From Octopus sinensis (Eukaryota): DNA of 64,000 nt. This document shows positions 48,497 to 61,719 of this stretch, piece after piece. A program made the position numbers and the translations under genes. Each line of letters opens with the position of its first letter. Position 1 is the stretch's first letter. A model generated the notes under the pieces. That model worked only from the letters and a program-made list of their open reading frames with translations, did no database searches and was not told the DNA's origin. The stretch spans positions 62,001 to 126,000 of the forward strand of contig NW_021832382.1 in assembly GCF_006345805.1 (NCBI RefSeq). Reading direction: 5' to 3'.

Positions 48497-51400
48497 ATGA
48501 CTGACCTCATAGATATCCTGACCAGGGATTTAAACTCTCTCAAAAATCAAGCAAAAAGAAAGTCTGAGCACCTAATAACAGTAATTCAAATTTCCTAAAT
48601 ATAGTCGTGTGTAAACACAATAAAACTGCTTTCAGATATTAAACAAGATGAATTTCTGATTAAAGCCATGCGAGAAAACTCAGTCCCCTTTCTTTCCCCC
48701 TTCTTCGAGGCAGTCAATTCGCGAATTCCCTCAGCCGTGAAAATCGGTCTGCAGTCAATCAGATACTGCATCACAAAGACTGCCCTGGACAACGTAGTGA
48801 CCAGACTTATTCTCAGGCAGGCGTGGACCACCTGGTCTCCCTCCTCTCCCTTCTTGCCAATAACGGAATCGAGGAGCTCCGGGTCCTCCAGACGTGTTCT
48901 TCGCTGGTGGCAATGTACGAGCACATATCCTCGGATGTCCTCCGACAGGTCATTTCCCTCTGTTTCGGGGTTATTGGGTCACCAACACAAACCACGTGCA
49001 TGGCAGGCCTGGCCGTGGTCAATCAGTTGGCCTCCTCTGTATTTGATCGTGCACTGACATTGAACGACGACCCGTCCACTCCGCGGAGAGTGAGTGACTG
49101 TCCTCTCCCCCCGGGACTCAACTCCTATGAGGGGGACGCCTACATGTTCATTCAGGTCACTTTTGGCTTTATTTCAGGACTTGTGTGCAGTGGCCGGAGG
49201 CGACAAATCCAAGTGGATTCAGAAAATGGGGGGCATGGCCCTTTCTATTGAACTAATTATTTCAGTATTGAACAACAAGCTGTTTAGCACGGTTTGGGTG
49301 TCACATCATTCCAGAAAGAGGTCTTCCGAGACCTGGTAAGGACACAGGTCTGCTCGGTCGTCGTCCAACTCTTGTCCCACGGCCGTACATTCGAAAATCA
49401 ATTTCTGCACGTGTCCTTTTCGGCAAGACAACAATTGATGAAATTGGTATTCCTACTAGTCAGGACATTTGACTTTCTGGTTTGGACACGTTTTGATGTG
49501 GTAGGCACTGGAGAGTCATCTCATTGCCTGTCTCCTGTCTAAACTGGTCCTCATGGGAGACCGGAACGTCTTCTTTTATTCTCTGGCCGCAGAGACCCTG
49601 CAGGCTTTCCTTGAGGACGCATTTGTTAGAAGGTTTGGTTGGCGAGAGAGTGGCAGGGCGGTGGAGTTGGAGGACAGTGAGAGGAGGTCCTGCTACTTTA
49701 AGGCCATCAAAGTGAGTCTGAGTACATATTCTGCCCTCTGTTGGAGTGAATCCATTTTGTGGAGTCAAAATCACGGAATTGCGGAATTTTATGACCAGAT
49801 GGGATTCCGTGTCGGAAACGTGTTTTATCCTCTCATCAAACTGGTCTACACGGACGGGTGTTCAGTGCACTGGTGGGTGACCCTCCTAATCGTCCAGTGT
49901 CAATATGGGGGAGGGGGAGGCACCCTCGGTTAGTCCTGCACACGTGCTGAATCTGATCTATGACCAGATGGAGGACATGTTGGCTAAACTGACCCTCTTT
50001 CTGGACACTTTGGGAGGTCCTCTGCTCATTTCTCTTGTTTTGGAGGACATTGTGAAATCCCTCAGTCTGTTTATGATATCCTGGTGGCTTCTCGTTGTTA
50101 TTTGTAGTACTTGCGACTCTCAAATGACTAATTTGCTTTCTTTGGTGGAGGGAGTAGTGCGAGAGTGGAATAGGCGGGGACTGACTTGCCAAGTCGACTT
50201 GTTGGTGGCACTCGTGTCCTCCGCGATGCTCCCTCGGAGATTCACAGGAGTGTTATCCTACGACAATGTGCACACGTATTTGGAGAACTGTACTGGTTAC
50301 TGTCGACTTGCAGATTTCGGGTACTCCCACGTGTATGAAGATGTCTATGGAAGTATTCATAGTGTGGTCACATTTCTTTGTACATTCATAGGAACGTCGT
50401 AAAAGGGAAATGGCAGAACAGGTCCTCATTCGATTGGTTTCCGAGGGAGGATTGGAGGCTGGGTGGGGTCCTCTTGTGTTGTGTTTTAATGTGGGTGTGT
50501 TTGATATTCCCAGAACATGGCCATTTTGCGTGGAATGAGACCTGCGTTCAATTTCACTGCAGTCATGGATGTGCTCTCCACCTCCAACTGCAGTGCCTGT
50601 GAAGGACCCCCCTTCGAGATTGTGTGGGATAAGATGTGTCTGATCCCCGGACTATGCCGATATGTCAGGTTGGTGTGTCTGTCCATTCGCAGTGCTAAGG
50701 ACGACCAGCTGCAAGTCCTGTCCCACATCGCCAGACTGGGCAAACTGAGTCACCACGAGGTATAGGCACTCTTAATGTTAGGAGGACATGCAACTTCTTT
50801 TTGCTGCCTGGATTGGGGAGTTGTGTGGACTGTGTGCTGCCAAGGTCGATGTGTGGTGGAATATGGCCACCGACTGTCTTCTTCAACTTCTTTCCTTCTC
50901 TAACAAACGACTAAGGACGGCCACTCTCGGTCTTGTCTCAGGACTTGTCATATTCGCCCTCGTCAATTCGTACAGATCTTTTGATGGTGGTCATTCTATT
51001 GCATGTTGAAGTTACTCGGGTGGTCGCCTCCTTCCCCCACGACGAGGAGTGCAGACGAGTTCAACTGGATTGTATCAATTTGATATTATCAACATGTCCG
51101 ACGGAGGGAGAAGTGTGGTCACTCTTATTGAACAGTCTGAGGGGAGTGTAATGGCCTGTTGTGACATGACAGTGATACCAAGAAGGCATTCAAGACTGTC
51201 CAGACAATATCCGAACGACACTTGGAGTACATGTGTGTGGAAAATGTCCACATTCTCGCTGATTTGGTCGTCCAATTTGCCACGGGGAAGGTGGATTTGA
51301 ACACGAGTCTGTCCTGCATAGGATTACTGGTAGTGTAGTGGATTACTGGTAGTGGGGAATGTGCGACCAGATGTGTTCCAAGCACATGCACCCGGATATG

Positions 51401-53415
51401 TTCTGTCACATATTCGCCAATCTGTCGGCCTGCTGCATGGATGAGAGATACTCCCTCCGTCGGTCTGCCGTCAACTCACTCTATTCGGCCATCACTGCTA
51501 ATAACAAGTCCATCGAGGACTCCCAGTGGGTTACACTTCTCAAAGGTCTCTTCGACACACAGACCATGATTTGGGAGACTGTCCTCACCTCCATTACTCA
51601 TTCGGAGTGGGTCGACACTTTTGTGCAATATTTTGACGGACTATCCCGCATATTCTCCCTCAGAATGCCTCTTCTTATCAAAGAAGGTATTTTCCGTGCT
51701 CAGTTCAGGTGTGTTTGACGGATTCTGGGACAAGTATCTCGACTTGGTGGTCAGGGGTTCACTTCACTCCTCTGAGACCTTGGCGTTGGCCGTCATTTTT
51801 TCTTTCTGTCATACTTTGGAGAGATTCCCGACCACGGAGGAAATGGAGAGATCTCTGACCCTCAGTTGGAACAATTGGATATCCCTTGGCACGTACTTTG
51901 GCCGACTCCGATACACGGATCTAAAGGACAGTCCCCGTCTTCCCTACAGTCAGGCACACTTGGCCACGTTTGCCCAAGCATTTGGCCTGATGCTACAAGT
52001 CACTCCTTTTTCAGAGTTGCCTTCTAATTTGCTTACGTGGCAGTTTGGATGACGGGAGAATCGGGTCATTTGTGAGGGTCAACTACGAGTTCCTGAGTGT
52101 TCCCGTCCTCGGCGAGTTTGCTTCTGTCGTTCAGTCAAAGTCTGTCAACTCACTTACTCAGCTGCAGAACGCTGTCGTCGAAAATTTAATTTTTTTGTGT
52201 CAGGTTGTGCCAGTTCAGTTAATAGCAGAGGTTTGAGGTCAACTCATCTTCTTTCCACGTGGAATTTGTTACACAATTACTCCAATTTATCACTCTGGGT
52301 CTCAATAACCCGGTTTTTGAGGACATTCCACTCAAACTGGTGTCGAAGGGGGATTATGGCAAGGTTAGACGACAGTGACTAATTCCAGGCGGATTTGGCG
52401 CATTTTGGACACGTTTGTTTATCCGTTAAGGTGGTCTCCATTCTCTCCGGACACTGCTCGGTTCTCCGTGGTGGGAAACTTGGGGTAGACTGCTTCAAAA
52501 AGATAATCGGGGTTGATGTGATTGGTGAGTGGTAGACATTGGGGTACGTTGGGTCGTGCAAATACGCCTGTTGCCCGAACTTGTGGAGAGCGGCGTGTCT
52601 GGCCTTGATTGAGGTGTTGGAATGGAATATGAGTGGTACTCCTCGTCCTTTCATCTTTGAGAGGAATATTTCTGTGAAATCGACATTGGGGACGTTTTCT
52701 CGAGGATTATCTTCAATTCGCGGTTGATTAGGTTGTTCTATTGCAGTGTCCCTTCTTCAAGCTACCCAACCGAAGACCTCAGGATTGACGAGGATGTCGA
52801 CTGCAGATTTGTTGCCTTCCTTCGAGTTCTTCTGAGCGAGAATTCCCACATGTTGGACGACTCGCTGATCTCTGTCATATTAGGTTGGCTGAAGAAGGGG
52901 TCCCTCATCAGTCGGAAATTGACTGTATTGTTATATTAGTATCCCAGTGTGGACCATGCGAGACCTCAGCGAGTTATTTCGTATCAGTCGGGAACAGTTT
53001 TCGATGGCTTGCCTCGACACGCTCGTTGATTTGGCCTTTTCTCCAAACAAGGGGCAAATTGGCCAGCTTACCGAACAGGCTTTGTTCAAGCTTGTTGTGT
53101 TATGTTCAGAGGTTTTCAAGACTTTTTCCAATGAGTCTGTATTGGGGGGAAGTGAAATGATGCCAAGGTTTATTGGCGTGCACATTCGTAAGTCGTAGGC
53201 GGTTCGTGATGGTGAGATCTACTCGAATTGTCAGTCGGCTGGTTGAACATGTCCTTGGATCCCCTGAACGTCCCGAGTTGTGTCGATTAGTAGTCGAAAA
53301 GTGTTATCTCCCATTGGTGGAGAATACGCTCTGTCCAGATGCTCAGATTCGAGTCGAAATAAGGGACAGCCTAGTTAAATTTGGTGCCATATTTAATCGG
53401 AGCTTAACAATTTGA
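48497..53415 (+). CDS. MON2: Protein MON2 homolog (Sec7-family-related Golgi/endosome trafficking scaffold)
   Basis: The N-terminal DCB region aligns by eye: LTRDLNSLKNQAKRK, RENSVPFLSPF, GIEELRVLQT, DAYMFIQDLC. The later WIGELC..KVDVWW, SLRRSAVNSLYSAI and C-terminal LVENTLCPDAQIRVEIRDSL are MON2-like. Many 22-28-nt introns. Confidence 0.85.
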
Positions 53416-53461
53416 GATAAAGAATTCTTATGCAACATTAACAATTAAGCAAACGTTAAAA

Positions 53462-55506
53462 TCAGTTAATTTCGGAGACCACTAAAATGGTATGGACTAC
53501 CAACCTCCTAGTGCTTCTGTGGCGAAATAGCGGACGTCGCAATCAGTGTCCACTTCCAGTCCCTGCAGACAGTCGACGACGACAGGTTGGACGGCACTCG
53601 CATAAACAGGGCAACTACCTCTGGGACAAATACCGGGCCATTGACATGATTGCACGACATGCGTTCATCCTCACATTGGGAACACTGTCCCGACACATGT
53701 CCACAATCGGGGGGAGGAGGAGAGTTGTCGTCAGTTCAGTGCCAAACAGGGGGGCGAGAGTGGAGAGTGAAAGGAGAGCAGTCATCCGAAATTGGTAGTT
53801 AGACTCCACAGCCAGTTGTACGAGAGAGGGGACAATATTGACTGTGGCCCATTCCACGCCAAACTCGCGAGTAAAGCAGAGCAAGTTATGGACAGCTGCC
53901 TCCCTGATTCCGTACACTACCAATGAGTGTCATTCCTACCGTTGTCCCTCAGCCAACTCAAACACAATTTGTTGAGAGTGCGCACAAAGTATTCCTCCCC
54001 CTGACATTGACAGACATGAACTACCAATTGGACAGCAAGCAGAGGCATATGCTCGACAATGGCTAGACGCACTCTCCACTTGACGTCCTCCGACAGGTTA
54101 ACAATGGCAGGGACCAGACTCTCGGCCATAAGACGGACTCCAATGACCTGTTATATCAGCCTACTAAACAACCTTGTTGAGGGAGTCGAGGTTGGATATC
54201 ACATTCAGTCGGACTTGTGCCACCTCGTCTCTCAACTGAGTGAGGAAAACAGGAACAAGGTGATCGATTGTGCTGGAATAGACACAACAAGACACCTCTG
54301 CTTGCCCACAATGAGGGACAACTTTACAGCCACGGAGGCCAGAGCTGACTTGACATGCACGTTCACGTCGTGGACCAGTCTTTCAATCATCGGAAACAAC
54401 TCGTGGACAGTCTCCACCTTCACAGACTCCCCCAACATGGAACAAAAGTCTACAATGAGCCCGAATCCTCAACCATATAGCTTGGAGACTGCCACAACTC
54501 GTACTTCTGGTTCCACGTCCTGCAGGAGGGACTTGAAGGCAGGAATGAGGTCAGATTCCGTGAGGACTGATCCCAGGAAGGATTGGATCTACGAATGGAG
54601 GAAAAAGACAACCCGAGTGAGCATGGTGGCAAACGTGTGCCTTACACGCCAGGACTCGTCACGGAATGCCCTGCGGACCACGGAAACGACGACAGGGACG
54701 AAACGAGAATCACGGAGAGACAGTGCGGCCTCGATGGAGAGTAGTCGGAGAGTGTCCTGTTCATCGTCCTTTATTTTATCCAAAATGGGAATGAAATGTG
54801 TCTCCACTGCCTCATGGGAGAGCACATCCATGAACTCCCCCAGTTTGCCAGCAGCCGCCTTCTTGACGAGGGGGACCTCATCACCAAAAAGGGACTTGAA
54901 CATCCTGCCGTGTTGGGGAGAGGACTACTCGATCAAGTCCGTCTGAGCCTCGGGGGACACTCTCGGGTAAAAGGCACTGAAAAACCCCGCCGACGAGATT
55001 TTAGAGACAAACCAAGTGCCTGGAGTGAGAGGAGGGGATTACTGGAAATAAGGGATTTGAGAAGGGGGAGGAACACTGTCTCGGTCTGCACGGCCGGACA
55101 TGCCTCGGAGATCTTGATGATGGCACTCACTGCCTCCTCCCGCACCTTCGAGTCCTCCACACTCAACATGAACTTGAGAGGCTCCTGCCATTTAGAGAGA
55201 TGGGTTACTATTATGGTCTCCACATGGTCAGGACCCCCCACGAGAGGGACAAAGAGGGCCAATTGCTCTGCCAGTTGACATAAAATGTCGTCCTCTTCAG
55301 TCACAAAATCAGCGAGGAAGGGCAACAGTTCGTCCCTCGTCCGCTCGTGTCCGAGAGCCATGGCCACTGTCTTGAGACGGGAAATGCTGTTGAGACGGGA
55401 CTTGGTTAATGGGTAGTCTTACTTGTTGATTTTCGTCCTTAAGGTCGTCGATCAGCATTGAGACTGGGTAAAGAGTGTCTATTGGGTCGGCAGAGAGATC
55501 CATCAT
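53462..55506 (-). CDS. PPP2R1A: Serine/threonine-protein phosphatase 2A scaffold subunit A (HEAT repeats)
   Basis: [15 protein letters not shown]|[93 protein letters not shown] and [10 protein letters not shown]. Confidence 0.97.
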
Positions 55507-55579
55507 AACCACAGGCAACTAAATTTATTCTTAATAATATATCAATTATAATCACAAACTAATTAAATATATATTCTTC

Positions 55580-56170
55580 TAGCTCCCTTAAAGCTAGAAA
55601 GTGTCTGAAATCAGCCCCAATCGATCATCTCCACTGAGAAACAAACTTTTTGCGGATTAATGAACATCTAAATATGAGAGAAGCACAATTCCTATTTGAA
55701 ATACTCTTGTTCTGTTCTGCTAAACGGAAATGGTCGTTCACTGATGAATAACCTTGCTAAAATATGGCCTGTCCGATGTTTACATCCAATGAAAAAAAAT
55801 CATGATTCCATTTCAACGTCAGCAATTCTCAAGCTGACTCGATAAACTCTCATCGGATGTTCATTCTTCAGAAATGCTCATTGACCGTTTGACTGAGATA
55901 TATCTTTTTCTCTGGCCATCACCACTCACTAAACCACTCTATACACAAATTGGACAGCTCGATCCCCTTTTTCTGTAACATCTGCTGTGCCGACGAACAC
56001 TCAACTGTCCTGGTCTTCTTTTACTCTACAAAAAATTTGATATTCACTCAGCCGAGGGAGCAACCTGGAAAGGCTATTCTGCTTTCTGCTGGTCTCATAA
56101 TGTGAGATCGGGTTACGCAACAACAAAAACAATCTAGCTCCCTAAATACAACTAAACATTCAGTCCATGA
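55580..56170 (-). CDS. Probable unidentified multi-exon gene
   Basis: Coding-like composition with GT-AG micro-intron candidates. I could not resolve the exon structure. Confidence 0.25.
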
Positions 56171-56189
56171 ATATTACTGAGGGTAGTAG

Positions 56190-56650
56190 TTAATTAATCA
56201 GAATATTAAAAGTCACATTTGTGAATGAGGTGATAATAGTCTTTGGCCGACATTGCAGGTCTCCATTTTGCCCGGAAGTGTCTAAATTATTAGCATGACC
56301 TTCATTATTGGTCTTCTCGGGATCATATTTGGTGACAGCAGTTACTGGATCATCTTTACTCACAACCAGTCGACCTGCTTTGATGGGTACAGTACAGCAC
56401 GTGATGTATTCCTCCACGTATTTGTCCTATCAATACTCCCAATAATTCACCCGTCTTCCACACATTGGTTGGGAATCCAGTTTTCTACAGAATACTCGAC
56501 ATAACTACATGGTGATGGAGATCATGTTTGGTGGACTGGCCACTCTCCTTTTATATCTCAGAGTACGCACTCTCTTGACAGGTCCACGAAGGCAAATGAG
56601 TTGATGACGTCATCCGATATCTCTGTGGGATGCCTTCATTTTCCCATGAT
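56190..56650 (-). CDS. Probable unidentified multi-exon gene
   Basis: Three consecutive 23-24-nt GT-AG candidates join into an open frame (..SPPNMISIT|KLDSQPMCGRR|DKYVEEYITCC..). No homology recognised. Confidence 0.35.
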
Positions 56651-57582
56651 TATTACGTAATCAGGAATTGTCAAAAATGGCGTGAAAATGTCAGTCTAAA
56701 TGTTCGTGTGGCGTTGAGTGGGGATGCTGAGTGAACTTGTGTTGGTTGTGGTCCTCACTTCCTCCCATAAAGTGTACGTGGTTCAGTGGGGACGGATAAA
56801 TTCCACGTTTGTGAGTTAAATATGTGCTTAGATTGAGTATAGACGTCAATTTGGAGTCTGCTGTGCGGATTATTTGTTCAAAGTCCTCGTTTCCCTACTC
56901 CATTTACTATGTGATTGAGGACGGTTAAATGTTGCAGATACCACAAAGAGGAGATTTTGATGCCAACGATTCGTTGCTCTTGACTCACTGTCCTGTACAA
57001 AAACAGGCCTTTCTTTACATTCTGCGGCGGTCGCCCATCGACGGGTGGCCAGACTTTGAGTGCAATGAACAATACTTCATCAGAAGCAGGGGACTGGGGG
57101 ACAACAAAGTGCTCGTTATCAATGTGAGGTGCAACAATTCCTGTACACAAACCACTCACATTTTAGCCTCTTTCTTAAGAGCAGAGGTCTCTAATTGGAC
57201 CAGAAAAATGTCTTTTTTTACAGCCATTTTGTGCACTCTAATTCTTCAAATTTACTGATTTTGAAAAGTGTCATACTTCCTTGAATTGTTAACAATAATT
57301 TCACACTTGACTCGCTTTCAAAGACTGTAGAGGCTCCTGCTGATTTCAGTGGCAACCTGTTTTTCCCATTAAGTGCAATTATTACCAAAAGGCGTGATTT
57401 TGCTGCAATTAAAGTAGTTCAGTCGGTCGAGTATGGGTCACTTATATTCAATTTAAAGTCAAGTTAAAAAGATTTTCTTATATTGTGTTAATGTTGAATT
57501 AATTTTTAGCCTATTTTTGATAAATTAAATGAGACTGCATTACTAATAAAAATTATTCAATTTTTAAATAAATTCGGAGTAC

Positions 57583-57977
57583 ATGATAAATCAGCAAGAA
57601 AATGCGACAAAAAAAGAACAAATGCATATAAGAACAAATAAGTCTGACTATTTAAATGTTATCACAATTTAACCGCACTATAATAGACGAAGAGAATCCT
57701 CAAATCTAACTCTGACTTTGATTGTTCGCTGGGGACGGAAGGACAGTGTTTACTGCAGACAAACATTTTAAGTAGACTGTTCTGGGACCTAAAGACTCGG
57801 ACAATTCAATTCATTTTTCAAAAACTGAGAAGAGATGCTGTCCCTGAGGTTACTACTCTGACTCAATCTGCCATGCTCGATGAGTTTATGAAAACGTGTT
57901 TAAAGAACCCCCACTTTGGCAGTCTCTTCAGGACAGTCGAGGGAGTCATGAGAATAGCCAAGAATGAGCACTTTTAA
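57583..57977 (+). CDS. Unidentified ~120-aa protein with one 29-nt intron
   Basis: ATG at 57583, one GT-AG intron, then an open frame to ..VMRIAKNEHF*. Flanks are AT-rich. Confidence 0.45.
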
Positions 57978-58473
57978 TTCGAATAATATATGTGGCTGGT
58001 CGTAATGATGCTTTTGTGACTTATTTAATTATGATCGATTCTTAAATATTAACAATAACACTTGTTGAGATGCCCATTACAGAAAACTGGTTGTATTAAA
58101 AACAAGATTGAGTCAAAGCATGGTTTAAAACAGATAAAATGCCACAAACCAGGAGGTGTGTTTCCCTTTAAAAAAATCATAATTATCTCTATAAATCTAC
58201 GGTTGATACAACAATCGCAACGTGACAATATAACGTGCTATATTTGACTAAATTTAGAATATGAAATTGAAGGGGGCATCATCCTAGTAAATGTGTGGGT
58301 GAGAAAATTGACTATCTCAGAGAAATTAAATTTCTGGAGAAAGTCCCTATTTCGACAGTATGACTGTTGGAATATTATCATCCAGATATCTCTAAAATTG
58401 CATAGTTATATAATTGATTTTGAATTGATTGAATTTTAATGGAAATAAATAAAAATGTTCCCATGGATTTGAA

Positions 58474-58920
58474 ATGCTGGCCAATGACTATCAGGAATCG
58501 GAGGAAGTATTATCCATGTCTAACACTGCAGACCGTGTTCGTGGTGGACGAAGTGACCAACATCGTCAAAGAGGTATTCCCCTTCTCCACGGACAGTCGA
58601 TCGAGAGCATCATTGGAAACAACGTCTACCAACAGAAACTAGTGAACCAGTGGACAGCCGACATAATCGACCAATGTCTCAACAACCTCTCCCGACTGAA
58701 CAAACCTTTCAAATACATTGGTTGGTCGTGTAGGGGGATTGCAGTCACATGTATCATTTCACAGAAGAGTGGGGCAGGACTTCATACAGCCAGTTCGTGT
58801 TATTGGGACTCGGAGACTGACGGTTGTGTCTCTGTGGGTGACTAAGAAGGATCCTGCACTGTCACGTGGGAGAACAAGTGGACTTACTGCATTGTGAGTG
58901 TGTTTGGTCTGGGAATATAA
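58474..58920 (+). CDS. DYNLT1: Dynein light chain Tctex-type 1
   Basis: DYQESEE|[14 protein letters not shown]|[17 protein letters not shown]|[22 protein letters not shown]|[20 protein letters not shown]. Introns at 58507-58531, 58574-58596, 58721-58744 and 58823-58849. Confidence 0.97.
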
Positions 58921-58973
58921 TTAACATTATTTGACATAAACTAACTGTTTCCTTGGATATTTCTCTGGTTGTT

Positions 58974-59480
58974 ATGTCTGACGATTCTGACTTTTTTGAC
59001 TCGCTTTTGAAATCCAAGGGTAAGACAGTCCCTTATAGCCTAGTCGAGCAAAGAAAAATAAGCGTAAGCCATTCCTTACATTATAGTCTACTGAGAGATC
59101 CAACATATTCGCCCTCGACCAAGAACCCAGGGAAACCAGTAAGTCTATGTTTCCGAATCTGCAGAACTCAAGTCCGACAGCTCTGATGAACTCTTTGGAC
59201 AATATGTTGCCTCCCAGAGAAACCAGCAGCGAGTGTCCCCAGTCAGTTCTCTCAAATCGTCGACGAGGAGGACTGATGTTGGAAATGGTGCCCTAAGTCC
59301 CACAGAACATTTCTGAGAGGGACCCTGACCACTGGATGAAGGGGGAAATCCCACAGAGGAAGGTCAAAGAGGACTCGCCCTTCAAATTATTTGAGAACGA
59401 AACACCCCGACTTACAACCAAATCAGAGGACTCCACGGACAATAATGCAGTTTCCCGCCAAATATTGATGCTAACCGAAG
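58974..59480 (+). CDS. Unidentified Ser/Pro-rich gene
   Basis: MSDDSDFFDSLLKSK followed by two GTAAG..TAG micro-introns. The 3' structure is uncertain. Confidence 0.4.
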
Positions 59481-59609
59481 AAGTAATAAATTTTATTAAT
59501 ATAACAGATTAAACAAATTAAAACCAATAATAATTCTGCAATTGAGAACAACCATATAAATTCTCAAGCAATTGAGCGTCTGACTCAACTATCTTCAGAC
59601 CTCAAGTTT

Positions 59610-60540
59610 AAAAATGGCCTTATTTCAGAAACCAGGTGGAGTCCGCCAAAGAACAGCAGTCTCTGATCGTCAAGACTTTGGCCGAGATTAGGGAATCAAC
59701 AAGTCTCCACATGTCCAAGTGGGACAAGCCTGAGGAATTGACTCAAATTTTGTTGTCCCTCGCGAATGAATTGTAGGAGAGTATTGAGGGACATGGAACA
59801 CGACTTGGGGGAGACAAAAAAGGGGATTCTTTCTCAAAAAACAAGCCTGGAATCTCTCCACATTCCGTAGTTTTCAGTCTTGACGGATTAAGAGACTATA
59901 CTGACATGTTTGAGCAAATTATGCAACAAATGAAACAGGAACTGCCCAAATTGGTTGGAGAGAGCAATTTAAAGAACTGCCAAGGTCAATTTCTTTATTT
60001 TAAGTCAAAGTCTTTCTCCGTCGATTGGAGGATATGGAAACTCTGGTCAAGTCCTGTCTGTCCGCCAAGTCCCAGTCGTTAGAGAAAGGTCAAGTCGATC
60101 GAATCATGGAATTGTTGGGAGAAATCAGTGACAGACTGTGCTACACGGTCAATCTCCTCAGCAATCAGTCTCATTCAAAAATAGAAGACCTACGAGAGTT
60201 TTTGAGAGGTCAGTTCGACAGACTGGGAGACTACTATCCCCCAATCCAACATCTCCCAACCAGAGAACCCTCGTCAAGAAGACATCAGTGGAGATATAAC
60301 ACAAAGAAAATGAACTCTGAGCATATCCCAGTTAAGATCAGTCCAGTGAAGGTGGAGGGTAAGGTCTGTACTTACAACTGTGCAGACATGATGAAATACC
60401 ACTCAGAAGTAACCAACGAGGTCGACCGAATAAGTGCCACTCTCAGAATGAAGAATGCGGCCTCGACCGTACCCTCATTTCCCCACATTCATTTAGGCTC
60501 AGTCCTACTTGGAGTCTGAGAGCATATTCCTTAGTTCGCT
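59610..60540 (+). CDS. Unidentified multi-exon gene (includes ORF 60025-60519)
   Basis: A 164-codon open frame with helical character and micro-intron candidates. No homology recognised. Confidence 0.4.
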
Positions 60541-60582
60541 ATGACTAACCTAATCCCCACATCACAATAATATGTTATAAAA

Positions 60583-61473
60583 TTAGCTATTTTGTAAGAG
60601 TTCTTCCACTGTGAGGGACTGTCTGGTTGGACACACCCAATGAATAAGCCCAGAACCCATCACTGACTTGAAGGCCTCAAAACGGGACTGTTCCGCCTGC
60701 GGAAGAGGAATGTCGGTCTTCCTAGCAGTATAAATATCAATTTTAGTCCTCTGCGTGAATATGGACCAAATCTACACCCATCCTACACAACACAACCTGA
60801 TTGGCAGTAATCAAAACAGTAAATAAAAGAAAGAGCGAGCACACCAGTAGGAGGACGAGCACGACCATATACAAGGACATAGTCCGAGTAATCTCCACCA
60901 GAGGGTATTTGGCGAAGAGGGCGACTGTGGCCAGAAGGGAGAACAGACAACTCAGTGCTACAATCACACACACAGCAGACCAATGTAGAAAGTGAACTGA
61001 ATAAAGTACTTCTTGTTCATCTGTCCCACACAGTTGTTAATCCTAAGAATGAGGAGGAGGGGTAACCAGGGACAGTGGTGGTCCATTCCGTAAATACACA
61101 CATTGCACGTGCTGCAGTGGTGGGCACGAGGGGGTCTCAGTAGGCCACATTTTCCACACACATTCCACCCTCTGTGTCTCTACAGGTCAGAGAGGTGGGT
61201 ACGTCGGCTTCTATGTTGGAAAGGACGGTGAAGGTTCCAGGATCTGTGAGGAAGGAGAGGGTGTGGAAGATGAGGGACATGACTGAGAAGAAAGAGTAGA
61301 ATAAACTCAAAAACACACGGACAAATCTGTGGTTATGGTTGGCCTTACATGTTGGTGACTATGAATGGAATAATGACCACACAGGTGGCATATTCCCCAA
61401 ACACGATGAGGATGTAGGCCAGGACCATCGATATTATTCCACAAGGCTCGAATCCGATTCTCCTCCTAATCAT
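60583..61473 (-). CDS. DHHC palmitoyltransferase, ZDHHC3/7-like
   Basis: Spliced reading: [44 protein letters not shown]|[18 protein letters not shown]|[19 protein letters not shown]. Introns of 22-25 nt. Confidence 0.93.
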
Positions 61474-61719
61474 AGTCCACGAGAATGCATTAAAATTTAA
61501 ATTATTTATTTAATAAACACAAATCCATTAAACTGATAATTTAATTACATATCTTCAATTAATCTGTTTAGTACGATTGGCAAAGAGTACACGACATGAC
61601 TGATCGATGATAATGATTTTAGAATAAAATTTATCAAAAACTGATATTTATTGATTATTTAAAAAAGTGTAAAAAAATCTATTTATTTAACAATTTGATA
61701 AGTGGCACTGGTTTCTGTC

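Noticed and set aside
55576-56146. TCTAGCTCCCT motif twice, once as a 7-bp hairpin (55576-55596)
   Set aside because: Too short, with no TSD or third copy, and compatible with chance.
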